From assembly GCF_000142905.1 (NCBI RefSeq), contig NW_013657674.1, forward strand, positions 156,709-220,708: DNA of 64,000 bases, written 5' to 3'. Both the position numbers and the translations under genes were made by a program. Origin of the DNA: Thecamonas trahens ATCC 50062. Taxonomy: Eukaryota > Protista > Apusomonadida. The notes beneath the pieces are model-generated. The model saw nothing but the letters and a program-made list of their open reading frames with translations. It had not been told where the DNA came from and searched no databases. Within the stretch, counting starts at the first letter, position 1, and the number at the start of each line of letters is the position of its first letter. Below, piece by piece: positions 1 through 10,800 of the stretch.

Positions 1-143
1 AGAGGATCGTGTATGGATGTGCGGTTATGGGGTGGGTGCTTGGTTGTGGAGGATGGATGATGGATGGTGGTATGGGGTGGGGTGGGGGGGGGGGGTGGAT
101 GATGGTGGCTGGATGTGTGCTTGTGGGCAGGACTGCTCACCAT
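1..143 (-). CDS. Probable start of a minus-strand gene that runs off the window: ATG-only first exon followed by an intron
   Basis: Minus strand reads ...cccaacATG|gtgagc (ATG 143-141, donor at 140), then a C-rich tract like those in the other introns here. Confidence 0.4.
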   Translation of the reverse strand, partial: MVSSPAHKHTSSHHHPPPPPTPPHTTIHHPSSTTKHPPHNRTSIHDP

Positions 144-314
144 GTTGGGCCACTGGCAGGCTGGGCTGGCTATCGGGCGTGGTGTGGCCGGCTGGTGACG
201 GAGAGAGGGTGGTGGTGTGGTGAGACATGCTGGCTGGTCATGGGAGCGGTGGGCGGCGGCTGTTTAGCGACGACGGCGCTGGCGTGCGCACTCCTCGTCT
301 CACAACCCGACAGG

Positions 315-860
315 ATGGGCAAGAAGAGCAAGGCCGGGAGCAAGGGTGGAGCAGCGGGCAAGGGTGGCGGGAGCAAGGCGGCGGGCGGGGATGGGGCGTC
401 GGGCAAGGGGACAGCGAGTGAGGCTGGGAGCGACGGGCCTCCGCGGGTGGTGTTCCTGAAGGACGCGACGTTTGTGCGGCCGGCGGCGTCGGTGATGCTG
501 GTGCTGGCGGTGATGTCGGCCGGCGTGGCCGGGTATCGGTTCCTGCACGGCGCGGATGACGGCAGCGAGATGCCGACGGGGCTCAAGCTGTGGCACGGCT
601 CCGATCTGGTGGTAGCCTTTCCGACCGCGCTGTGCGGCCTGGGCCTCTACGGCTTTGACCGCAAGGCCGTCATCCTCACTCGCAAGCTCTTCTACTACTT
701 TGCGGTTGTTGTCCCGGCCGTCGCCCTCATTCTCGCAGCTGATGACGCTCTCGACCGCCGCACGCTCGAGCTCCTCGCACTCCGCATCGGCTTCTGGGCC
801 GCGGCGGCCTGGTACACCGAGCAGTTTGAGCAGAAGATCAAGGGCTTGAAGGAGTTGTAG
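315..860 (+). CDS. Small multi-pass membrane protein (about 4 TM) with a Lys/Gly-rich N-terminus; function unknown
   Basis: ATG at 315 (MGKKSKAGSK...), GC3-biased codons, hydrophobic segments; AATAAA at ~888 after the stop. Confidence 0.7.
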   Translation: MGKKSKAGSKGGAAGKGGGSKAAGGDGASGKGTASEAGSDGPPRVVFLKDATFVRPAASVMLVLAVMSAGVAGYRFLHGADDGSEMPTGLKLWHGSDLVVAFPTALCGLGLYGFDRKAVILTRKLFYYFAVVVPAVALILAADDALDRRTLELLALRIGFWAAAAWYTEQFEQKIKGLKEL

Positions 861-935
861 CTTGCGCTCGCATGGCTGGCAACAAACAATAAACAGCGGC
901 TCTTGGCTGGCATCACACGTCGCGGCGCAGGTTGG

Positions 936-1443
936 TCACGTTGCAGGCGCAATTGCATCGCAGGCGGCCAGCACAGCCGGGACGAGCGCGACGCTTGCGC
1001 CGCGAAAGGGTGAGTCCGGCTCGCGGAGCGCAGTGCGCAGCGGAGCCAGGGCGCCGTCGGCGGCACGGGATGGCGCAAGGGCGACGATTAGAGCCAGGAC
1101 GCGATGGCCGAGCCTGCGGATGCCATCATGGGCGGCGTCTGCTTCCATCAGCGCTGCTGCCGCCGCGTGTTTGGCTGCCAGCAGCTGGAGCGAGCGGGCG
1201 CGGAGATCAGCCTCTGCGCGCTCGGCCCTTGCCCTTGCCACCGCCGCCCGCGCGGCCGCCACCACCGCCACCAGCACAGCACCTGCCGCGGTCAGCACCC
1301 ATGGCAGTAGCGGAAGCGCCGTCCGCGCTGCCGCCACTATGCGCGCCGCCGCCGATGGAGCCACCAGCAGCCGCCAGACTGCTGCCGGAATGGCAGCCAC
1401 CAGCCGGGCAAGCCGAGCAGTGGCCGCCTGCAGAGCAGTCATG
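936..1443 (-). CDS. Hypothetical Ala-rich protein with one TM segment and a coiled coil
   Basis: ORF MTALQAATARLARL..., hydrophobic LLPWVLTAAGAVLVAVVAA; divergent from the penta-EF-hand gene. Confidence 0.5.
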
Positions 1444-1552
1444 GCGAGGGAGAGCGGTGCGTGTGGTTTGTGTGTTTGTGTGTGTGTTGCTGTCGGCGTC
1501 GGTGCAGCGGCCACTTGACTACGGCCGCGACAGGCACGATAGCCGGGAGAGC

Positions 1553-2271
1553 ATGGCCGACGAGCAGTTGCGGGGATTCTTTGATGCGGTATGGGATGGA
1601 AGGGAGAGGGCCACTATGGGGGCGGGCGCGTGGCTCACGGGGCGGGGTAGGCACGTGTGCAGCACGGGGAGGAGAGAAGGGGGTGGTTCCCGCGAGCAAG
1701 CGCGGCTACGATGGGCGATGCGGATGCTGGTCAAGACCATCACTTATAGGGCGGACGATGGGGGGCGGACGATGGAAAGGTCGATGTTGATCGGTCGGGA
1801 CATATCGATGCGCGCGAGCTGGCTCAGGCGCTCTCGGCTCAGGGATTCACCTTTACCACAGAGACGGCCGGCCTGCTGATCCGGACGTATGACACCCGCG
1901 GCGAGTCGACGATTACCTTTGATGAGTTTGCGGCTATGCATCACTTTATCATGGCGGCGCAGGCGGCGTTTGGTGCTGGCGACGCCGATGGCTCGGGTGT
2001 CATCGAGTACGCCGAGATCAAGGCGGCTCTGGCGGCGTGCGGGTTCAACATGACCGAGACGAGCATGAACATCCTGCTGCGGCGGATGATGGCGCCGTCG
2101 GGCCTGTACGCCGACAGCGGAGCAGGGCTCACCTTTCCGCAGTTTGTCGACCTCTGCGCCTACTGCGCGCTCGCCCGTAGGGTCTTCTCGTGGCACGACA
2201 CCGATCTCGACGCTACCGCCACCATCACGCTGGACGACTTTATGGGCATGGTCATGGTGATCAAGCCGTGA
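1553..2271 (+). CDS. Penta-EF-hand Ca2+-binding protein (ALG-2/peflin/sorcin family), 2 exons: 1553-1588 and 1780-2271
   Basis: Splicing GTATGG(1589)..AAG(1779) gives MADEQLRGFFDA-VDVDRSGHIDARELAQAL; further EF loops DADGSGVIEYAE and DTDLDATATITLDDF. Confidence 0.85.
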
Positions 2272-2310
2272 CGCCTGTCCGGAAATAACAACTCAACAAC
2301 TCAACACATA

Positions 2311-3813
2311 CTACTCGGCTGCCGGAGCCGGGGCGGCGTCGCCGGCAGGCGNNNNNNNNNNNNNNNNNNNNNNNNNNNNNNNNNNNNNNNNNNNNNNNNN
2401 NNNNNNNNNNNNNNNNNNNNNNNNNNNNNNNNNNNNNNNNNNNNNNNNNNNNNNNNNNNNNNNNNNNNNNNNNNNNNNNNNNNNNNNNNNNNNNNNNNNN
2501 NNNNNNNNNNNNNNNNNNNNNNNNNNNNNNNNNNNNNNNNNNNNNNNNNNNNNNNNNNNNNNNNNNNNNNNNNNNNNNNNNNNNNNNNNNNNNNNNNNNN
2601 NNNNNNNNNNNNNNNNNNNNNNNNNNNNNNNNNNNNNNNNNNNNNNNNNNNNNNNNNNNNNNNNNNNNNNNNNNNNNNNNNNNNNNNNNNNNNNNNAGCG
2701 TTCGCTGCCGCGAGTCACCGCCGCGGTCGTAGCCGCGGTAGCCGTAGACAACCGGCCGGGCGCCGGAGCAAGCGGGCGCAGGCGCAGGCGCATCGTAGCC
2801 GCGGTCGCCGGCCCGGCGCACCGTAGCCGCCGCGGTCGTCGTAGCCGCGGGTTGCCGCCGCGGCTGTAGCCACGGTCGCCTCCACGGTCGTAGCCGCGGT
2901 CGCCGCCGCCGTAGCCACGGTCACCAGCAGGAGGGCCACGGTCGCCGTAGCCGCCGCGGTCGCCGCCGCCGTAGCCGCCGCGGTCGCCGTAGCCGCCGCG
3001 GTCGCCGTAGCCGCCGCGGTCGCCGTAGCCGCCTCGTGATCCGTAGCCGCTGCGGTAACCATAGCCGCCGCGGTCGCCAAAAACCATAGCAAAACGCGGT
3101 CGCCACCGCCATAGCCGCCGCGATCGCCGTAGCCACCACGACCGCCGCCGTAGCCACCGCGATCGCCGCCACGGCCACCGCGATCGCCGCCGCCGCGCGG
3201 GTTGGTCGGGCACTGGTAGGAGAAGTGGCCGAGCTGGCCACAGGCGTAGCACTCGGTGTTGGGCGGGGCCTGGCGCTGGGGCTTGAGAGGGCAGCGCCGA
3301 GCAATGTGGCCATGCTCTCCGCACGAGAAGCAGGCACCCGAGTCAGCAGATGCCGCATCGCCCGTGGCAAACTCGACATTGATGACGCACCGGCCGACTT
3401 GGGCTCCCGTCTCGGCCAGCGCCGCCTCGGCCTCGGCCTCGGTTTCGAACGAGACAAACCCAAACTTGCCGCCACGGGCCACAAAGGTCCGAGTCAGTCG
3501 GCCGTACCTATGCAGAGCGACGAGAGGAGGGTGGCGGGGTAGAGGGGGTGAGTCGGGGAGGTAGGGGGCGGGGTGGGGGTGGGTGGGGGGGGTGGGGGTG
3601 GGGGTGGGGTAGCAGTGTGCTTGTCGGTCATCCCGCGCCCGGGCAGGGAGCAGCAACAGTGGGGTGGGGAAGGGTGGGGGGGGGGGGGGGGGGGGAATGG
3701 GCTGGGGTGGGCACGGCGTACTTGGCAAAGGCGTCATTGAGGTCCCGGTCGGTGACAGAGCCGTCAAGACCGCCAATGAAGAGCTGCACGCGGGGGGGAG
3801 GGGGGGCTGCCAT
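2311..3813 (-). CDS. Glycine-rich RNA-binding protein: RRM, two CCHC zinc knuckles and a (GGYGDR)n tail; intron 3508-3721; frame breaks and an N-gap in the tail
   Basis: RNP2 LFIGGL, RNP1 KFGFVSF, CFSCGEHGHIARRC and CYACGQLGHFSYQC; intron GTACGC..TAG joins AFAK-YGRL. Confidence 0.85.
2820..3190 (-). repeat. Coding tandem repeat (ggcggctacggcgaccgc)n encoding GGYGDR
   Basis: Directly visible imperfect 18-24 nt repeats. Confidence 0.85.
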
Positions 3814-3995
3814 GGGTGGTGGCAGGGGGTGGGGTGGGCGACGCTGCCCCGAGCAGCAGCCAGTCGCCGCCGGCTGGCGGTCGAGCCACAGCTGGCGATG
3901 ACGCAAGTCCGACGCATGCATGGCCGGACGGCGCGGGGTGCCGATCTATTATTCTTTTCCCCGTTTGATGTGCGATTTGCTGAAGAGGTTTATCT

Positions 3996-6347
3996 CTACC
4001 AAAAGGGGAATCCGCTGCCGAGGGACCGGCCGCGGCTTGGCTGGCGGCCCCAGAGCGGATATGCGGGCCGGGCGGCCTGGGCGCGGTGCTGGGATGTCGG
4101 ACGGGATTGCGGCGGGCGGATGACGACGCGCAGAACATCGTCCTTGTACGAGCCCGAGATGTGGCGCTGGGTGGTGTGTTCTGGGAGAACGTACGACTGG
4201 GTAAAGGTGCCGAAACGCCCGTCGCCAAGGCGGAGCATGACGGCATCGAAGAGGGTGGCAGTGTCGGCGGCGGGGCCCCAGCGGGCGGCAAGGCGCGGGA
4301 GCTGGGCACGGGCGACGGCGGCCATGCGCTCGAGCTGTTCGGCCGACGGCTCAACCACGCCACGGATGGTAAGAATTGGCCGGTTGTACGCGTCGGCCGA
4401 GACATTGATGGCTACGTCCCTGCGGTTCATGCCGGGGATGACCGCCGAGATCGCTGTCGCGCCGCCAGCCATCTTGCTCACCTCAAACTGCGGCTCGATG
4501 TCGAGCTCGCGCCACTGTTGCGCGAGCCGCTCGACGGCGCCGGCGCAGAGCTTGTTCAGCTCAGCCTCGAGATCGTAGCCTGCGTCATCCTCGATCGGAG
4601 TGGCGTCGACGACCGGGATGACTCCGTCCTCGGCCTCGGCCAGGTCGTTCTTGGGCGAGGCCGCCACATCGATCGGGATGGCTGCCTCGTTGTCGGAGAC
4701 CGGCTCAAGGTCCGGGATCTGTTCCGGCTCTGGTGTGGGCTGCGGCATGGCAACAGCCTGCACACGCTCGGCGAGCCGCTCTTCGAGCATCTGGATGTGG
4801 CGTCGGAGCTTGGTCTTGACGGCATCGGCCTCGTCTAGCAGGCGCTGGATGTCGGCGACCGTGTCCTTGCGCTGAGCGCGGACCTCGGGCCCGAGGCCAG
4901 TGATGGAGTCAAGCGCGAGCAAGTCACGCATCAGCTCCTCGGTGTAGGCAATTGACTTGGTCTGCATCCGCTTCAGCAGCGCGAGCGTCTGCTCCGGATC
5001 GGCGGTCACATCCTCGAGCTCTGGCAGCGCAGCCGTCAGCTCGTCAAGATGGTGGATGTGGTCCGTGAGCAGCGTGACGTCGTTGTGAATGTTGGAGATT
5101 TTGATCGTGGCCTCATTGTCCGACTCGGAGAGCTCCGAGTGCGGCGACGAGAGTGCTTCGTCGTCGTCGTCGTTGGCAGCGAAATCGTTGTTGTCGTCGT
5201 CGACAGGCTCGCCCTCGATTTCAACAGCAGGCTCGTCCTTTGGAACAGGCTCGGCCTCGACCTCAGCCTCGGCCTCGACCTCGGCCTCCATTTCAGGAAC
5301 AGGATCGGCCTCGACCTCAGCCTCGGCCTCGATCTCGGCCTCCATTTCAGGAACAGGCTCGGCCTCGACCCCAGCCTTGGCCTCAATCTCGGCCTCCATT
5401 TCGGGAACAGGCTCGGCCTCGACCTCAGCCTCGGCCTCGACCTCGGCCTCCATTTCAGGAACAGGCTCGGCCTCGACCCCAGCCTTGGCCTCGATCTCGG
5501 CCTCCATTTCGGGAACAGGCTCGGCCTCGACCTCAGCCTCCATTTCGGGAACAGGCTCGACTTCAGAAACAGGCTCGACTTCGGAAACAGGCTCGGCCTC
5601 GACCTCAACCTTGTCAACCTTGCTTCGCAGCACAAGCTCGGGCTCGTGGACACACTCGGTACTCTCGGATGAGCCGAGTGGCTCATGCGCCTCCACCAGC
5701 CCAGCGACCACTGCCGCGCACTCACGCATCATGTTGACCGCCCGCCGCAAATCCGCCACCTGATGCGGCCCGGTTCCGCCGTGCGCCTGATCGGCCTGAA
5801 GATGGCTGACCCGATCGGCGAGCCGCGCCCACTCGACCTCAAATGCCGTCGTCAGCGCGTCGTGCTCGATCGCCGCCTCGCGCGTCAGCGCCGCCAGGAT
5901 CTCACCAACATACCCATCGATCGCCTCGCTCGACAACTCGTCCACGTCAGAGAGCGTGGCGTGGACTAGCCCACGCACAAACTTGTCTTCGTCGCCGGGC
6001 ACAGTGTCCATAGACCACAGGTATTCGCGCGCGCTGCCGCCGCAAAGCGACGCCGAAAACCCGGGCACAAGCGCGTCGAGGTGCCATCGCACGCGTACCA
6101 CAATGTCGGCGGCTTTGCTCAACGCCACGCGCATCCGCTTGTCGGCCTCGATACCTTTGCTCAGCCGCACATGGTCCCAGAACGCGAGGTACGTCTCCAG
6201 CACTCCGCGCTGCGCCCGGATCATCGCTGCGTCGGCCGTCGCCAAATACGGCGGCTGCGATCGTGGCGTCGCCGCGGCAACCTCCATGCTCTTCTTGCTT
6301 CCACCTAGGGCTTCCATTCGTGTTTCTACTGCCAGCGGACTCGACAT
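3996..6347 (-). CDS. BAG domain plus Hsp20/alpha-crystallin domain co-chaperone with an acidic repeat region
   Basis: BAG-like YTEELMRDLLALDSITGLGPEVRAQRKDTVADIQRLLDEAD (~4810-5095); ACD-like AVIPGMNRRDVAINV...LTIRG...RFGTFTQSYVLPE...ISGSYKDDVLRVVI (~4120-4500). Confidence 0.8.
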   Translation of the reverse strand: MSSPLAVETRMEALGGSKKSMEVAAATPRSQPPYLATADAAMIRAQRGVLETYLAFWDHVRLSKGIEADKRMRVALSKAADIVVRVRWHLDALVPGFSASLCGGSAREYLWSMDTVPGDEDKFVRGLVHATLSDVDELSSEAIDGYVGEILAALTREAAIEHDALTTAFEVEWARLADRVSHLQADQAHGGTGPHQVADLRRAVNMMRECAAVVAGLVEAHEPLGSSESTECVHEPELVLRSKVDKVEVEAEPVSEVEPVSEVEPVPEMEAEVEAEPVPEMEAEIEAKAGVEAEPVPEMEAEVEAEAEVEAEPVPEMEAEIEAKAGVEAEPVPEMEAEIEAEAEVEADPVPEMEAEVEAEAEVEAEPVPKDEPAVEIEGEPVDDDNNDFAANDDDDEALSSPHSELSESDNEATIKISNIHNDVTLLTDHIHHLDELTAALPELEDVTADPEQTLALLKRMQTKSIAYTEELMRDLLALDSITGLGPEVRAQRKDTVADIQRLLDEADAVKTKLRRHIQMLEERLAERVQAVAMPQPTPEPEQIPDLEPVSDNEAAIPIDVAASPKNDLAEAEDGVIPVVDATPIEDDAGYDLEAELNKLCAGAVERLAQQWRELDIEPQFEVSKMAGGATAISAVIPGMNRRDVAINVSADAYNRPILTIRGVVEPSAEQLERMAAVARAQLPRLAARWGPAADTATLFDAVMLRLGDGRFGTFTQSYVLPEHTTQRHISGSYKDDVLRVVIRPPQSRPTSQHRAQAARPAYPLWGRQPSRGRSLGSGFPFW
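5240..5610 (-). repeat. 54-nt coding minisatellite: 5 full copies of AEPVPEMEAE(V/I)EA(E/K)A(E/G)VE plus partial units
   Basis: Visible in both the DNA and the translation. Confidence 0.9.
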
Positions 6348-6710
6348 CGCTGTGTCTGCTGACGATGACTGTTCTCTGGCCTAGCACGCCAGCCCGGTGT
6401 CGCCGAATCTTCGCCGCCTTTTTGTTCCGGTTCTTCCATCTGCCCGAATCCTTCATGAATGCCAGTACGACCCCACGACCTTCGCGAAGTCCCTTCCGAC
6501 GCATCAGTCACCCCCACCCACCGCCTGCCCCCTCTCGACCACTTGCATACCATGTCCTCATGCCCTATCCTTCCTGTCACTCACTACCCGCTCACTGCCC
6601 ACTCATGTTCATCCTTATGACGCAACTGCGCGCCACACGCGCCTCCTGCACCCGACCCAAAATTATCCACTTCTGCCACCACCTCACTGCAAACCACACG
6701 CCACCACCGT

Positions 6711-7814
6711 ATGCCACCGCTCGTCGATTCGGCTGCGCTCTCTGGCCTCGCTCTCTTCGCCATTGTTCTCACCTTTGCATCAGCATTGCCCCCGCCTGCT
6801 CCTACGCTCACCTTTGCCTCCCTCATCGCTCCCGCCCCGCCTCTACGCCACGATGCCTGCGCTGTCTGGATCGCCGCCCCGCACACGCCCTGCTTTGACC
6901 TCACCGACACGCCTTGCGCGCCAGACACCATGCCTCCCGCCCTCACCGATGCCTTCTCGATGGGCGGCGCAGTCGACACCAGCCACTCGATGGTCATCGA
7001 TGACACCATGGGCGGAAAGGGCTCACGCTACGGTGCGTCTGAGGAGAGTGTCACCGCTCTGGCTCTCGCCGCCTCGGCCCGCCACGCCCGCCTCGCCGCT
7101 GCCGCTGCCGCCGCCGGCTCCTACCATGCCCTCGCCGCCTCGCTCTCCGCCACCGGCTTTCACGACCGCAAGGACCTCCTCCGTATTGCCCTCCTTGCCG
7201 TTAACGCCTCGCGACCAGGCGGCCTCGCCGCCCTCGCCCCAGCCGCTGTCTTTGGCTCCATGTCGCCATGGATCGAGGCCGAGCTCCTCGCCCTTGGCCT
7301 CGACGCCGTCACCACGGTCGAGTACAACACCCTCAACTACCGCGCGACTTCCATTACCACCCTCACGCCCGACCAACTCGCGACCAACATCGCAGACGGT
7401 ACTCACACCCCGTTTGGCCTTGCCATCTCGCTCTCGTCCTTTGACCACGACGGCCTCGGCCGCTACGGCGACCCGCTTAGCCCGTCCGCGGACCTAGACA
7501 TTATGGCTGCCCTCGCAGACTGCATCCTTGCCCCTCATGGTGTCCTCGTTGTCTCGGTCCCGGTCGGCAGTGATCAGCTCGTCTGGAACATGCACCGCCG
7601 CTACGGCCCGGCACGCCTCCCGTCCCTCCTCGCACCCTTCCTCCCTGCCCTCGACCCTTCGCCGCTCATTCCGCTCGTCGACGCCTCGTCGGTTCTTGGC
7701 TGGGACTCGGACGCCCGCCTCTCCCAGGACCGGCCCTTCACCTCTTCGTACGAGCCCGTATTTATTCTCTCGCCTCTGGACCAAGCCCCGCTACACACCG
7801 ACCGCGAGCTGTAG
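6711..7814 (+). CDS. DUF268-family protein (methyltransferase-like fold) with a signal peptide or anchor
   Basis: AVFGSMSPWIEA...VTTVEYN, SSFDHDGLGRYGDPL, VPVGSDQLVWNMHRRYG motifs. Confidence 0.75.
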   Translation: MPPLVDSAALSGLALFAIVLTFASALPPPAPTLTFASLIAPAPPLRHDACAVWIAAPHTPCFDLTDTPCAPDTMPPALTDAFSMGGAVDTSHSMVIDDTMGGKGSRYGASEESVTALALAASARHARLAAAAAAAGSYHALAASLSATGFHDRKDLLRIALLAVNASRPGGLAALAPAAVFGSMSPWIEAELLALGLDAVTTVEYNTLNYRATSITTLTPDQLATNIADGTHTPFGLAISLSSFDHDGLGRYGDPLSPSADLDIMAALADCILAPHGVLVVSVPVGSDQLVWNMHRRYGPARLPSLLAPFLPALDPSPLIPLVDASSVLGWDSDARLSQDRPFTSSYEPVFILSPLDQAPLHTDREL

Positions 7815-7824
7815 CGCGACCCAA

Positions 7825-10800
7825 TCACCACGACCCAACAGAGCTCGATTCGCTGACGCGCGTTGACAAGCTTCCGGTCCAAACTTCGACTGCGCCCTCG
7901 GAACTGGCCAGCGACTCCGAGTGCCCAACCCGTGTCCATCCGCGCCGCTTGCCGCACGCTCTGCTCAGCCGACGACACATCGACTCGGCTTGCGAGCCGC
8001 ACCGAGACGCCAAAACGTAGCCAGCCAACCCGAGCAGCAGTACGAGCAGCGCGATCCAACGCAAGTCCTTCTCCACGTGAACTTCGGTCGCCACTTCGCA
8101 CATGTCGCTGCTGCCGTCCCTCCCTCCGGCAGGCCGAACAGAGTACCAGTACTTGCGCCCGGTCTGCAACGAGCCGGACTCGTCCACAAAGCCGCCCATG
8201 CTGGTCAGCCCTACCACAGCTCCGTCACGGAGCACCTCCATCGGATACGCCTCGCAGCACGCCCTCGCCTGCATGCATGGCTCCCACGAGACCCGCACCT
8301 TGCCAGCAGACGTACCAAAGCTCCACACAGACTGCTCCACCGATGCAGCTACCCACCGCGGCGCAGGTGGCCTCGGGCACCGCACTGATACCCTCACCTC
8401 GACGCCACCGGTGTGCGCCCACACTCCAGCCACACCAGTCACATTCCACGACATCGTCGTGTTGCCTGGCACCACAGCGCTGAGGTCGATCTCAAGCTCG
8501 GCACTCGCGTTGACCCGTCCACCACCAGCGAGCATACCCAGCCGCAACGCGCGCACCACCCGCACCCCAGACGGCAGCGGCCCGATGCCAAGCACGCTTA
8601 CTACACTCGCGTTGCATGCCACAGAGTCGTTTGAGCTGACCACGAGGTCAAACACCAGCCGCGCCACAGATCCTGGATCTTCAGGGACGTGTCCCCACGG
8701 CCCAATAACCACGGTCGCAACTGCCCCGTCTGACCCTTGCTCAATGTCCGCTGCAACAGTTGGCCTACTTGTCGAGACCACAGACGCGATGCTCATGTTG
8801 AGCTTGCGGTAGATGCAGCCGTCGCCTCCTCCCCACGCCATCACCGTCGCATTAGACTCGTGCACAGCATACTCGACAAGGCCTCGGTTGCCTACGTCAC
8901 GTGCCACCACGCTCGCGTTGTGCAGCCCTTGCACGCCACCCTCGTTCGGCACAAGATAGCTGATCCGGAACGGCAGTGACCACCCGCCGCGCCCGGCCCA
9001 AGCCCAGGTTGGGGAGACTGACACCGGTTGCCCGTCGCTCCCCGAGACCACGGCAGCCTGCGTCCAGTACGGACAAGGCTTCGGGTCGTTGCTCCGAACA
9101 TACGCAGTATACTTCAGCACCGAGCCTGGCGCGCCCGAGCCAGCCGCCATCACCACATCGGATCGGCAGCCAGCCGGTGCTTGCCCGGCCGCCACCTCGG
9201 GCCAGCCGGGCACCAAACACATCGAGAGCTGGACCGGCACGCACACTCGCGGCTCCACAAGCAAACTATGTGCAAGCGGAGCCCGGGGTATGTCGCTGGC
9301 GACCTCCTTTGCCACAATGGCAAACTCATAACCACCCCAAGTCGCCACATTCCCTGCCGGAAGCGCAGCTAGCGCATCACTATCAACCCGGACAATCGCA
9401 GACGTAGTCCAAGAGCGGAACGCATCAGCCGCAATCAACGCCTGATTCGGCAACAGCTCGATGTTTGTCACGGCGCGCGCAGGATGGTCCACAACTACAG
9501 GCACTAGCTCCAGCTCGACCTTGCTGGGCGGACACGACCAGCTTGAGCTGGACCGCAGCACAATGTCGCACACAAACATGCTGATTCGCGGAGAGAGCCG
9601 CCGCGGACAGCCAGCCTGCACAACATTGAGCTCACCGCGGACACACGGCTCGGCCACAAGCACTGCTCCGTCGCGGGGCCAGCTCACTACCGCCTCGGCG
9701 CCATCCACAGCCACCAGCTGCGCCGGGTGGCGCCATCCGCCACCCGAGACCGAAAACCACGGACTTTCAGCCGCGCCTGCCCACGTCCGGGGCCTGATGG
9801 GCCGCGCGGGCCCACATACACACTCAGCGCCCCACGAACACTCGAGTGCCCGTCAACGACGCGTTTCTCCGCCGCCAGCGGCCAGAGCTGGACATGCGTG
9901 GTCGCCGGCGATGCTGTCTTGTCCACCTCGACCTCGATCTGCATCGCGGCACAAGCCCCAATGCCTTCCGCAACAACCGCAAAGCTCGTCGTCACAGCCT
10001 CCTGAGCCGTAACCACGCTCGTGGTCATGTTGCCATGCTCGACTTCCACCGCCAACAGTGGCTGCTGCTCGCGGAGAAGGAGCTCCTCGGTGCATGGGAC
10101 GTCGACAGTCACGCTCACTTCGTGCCGACTTCCATTGCAGGCCAGCTCAATCACGACAAGTCCCCATCGCGAGTCCAACGACGGCCCGCGCCCGAGTATA
10201 CTCCGCCGCGAGACCCGCGCCACCCTGACTGCAATCCGCATTCTCGACCCTAGCAGGCCGCGAGCAGGTGAGTTCGGTGAATTGGAGAACAGCGGCGACG
10301 AGGCATCGTCCGCCAGACGAGCGTCAACGCTCACAGCTCCGCCCAGACATTGCGCCACTTCCTGACCAGCTGCATTTGGTACCAGGTCGAGAACCAGCTC
10401 TCCAGCATCGGCGTCCAGCTGCTCGTCCAGCCATGCCAGCGGAATGCTGCCATTGCCTGGAGATGCAGGGTGAACAACGACCGCTGCATAACTGGAAAGC
10501 GCACCGGTGATAGTCCCGCACCCCATGTTGTCCACTCTTGTGTCATCGTGGACTGGCGCAAGAACGTCAGACACGCCGACATCGCGGGCAACAGCACCGC
10601 CCGCAAATCCTTCTTGCACAACTGGCGAGGTACACGTCGACGCCGCGCCGGCCCACGCGAACTGCTTGTCTGCGTCCGACAACTCAAAGGCCGTCGGCGG
10701 ACACGCAGCAGAGTCCATGTTTGACAGCGCGAGCAATCCCTCGCCCATCGCACTCAGCCTCGGTGGGTACCGAATGCAGCCAAGCTCAACACTGACCCGC

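Noticed and set aside
3076-3097. AT-rich patch aaaaaccatagcaaaac interrupting the GGYGDR repeat, considered as a micro-intron or insertion
   Set aside because: It reads as a miscalled repeat unit in low-quality sequence near a gap; there is no in-phase GT..AG pair
3200-3340. CCHC knuckles as a retroelement Gag
   Set aside because: They are embedded in an RRM plus Gly-rich RNA-binding protein with an intron; there is no pol gene
5240-5610. Regular repeats as a possible CRISPR array (also 18199-18340 and 2820-3190)
   Set aside because: No unique spacers, unit lengths are multiples of 3 inside coding frames, no cas genes, eukaryotic context
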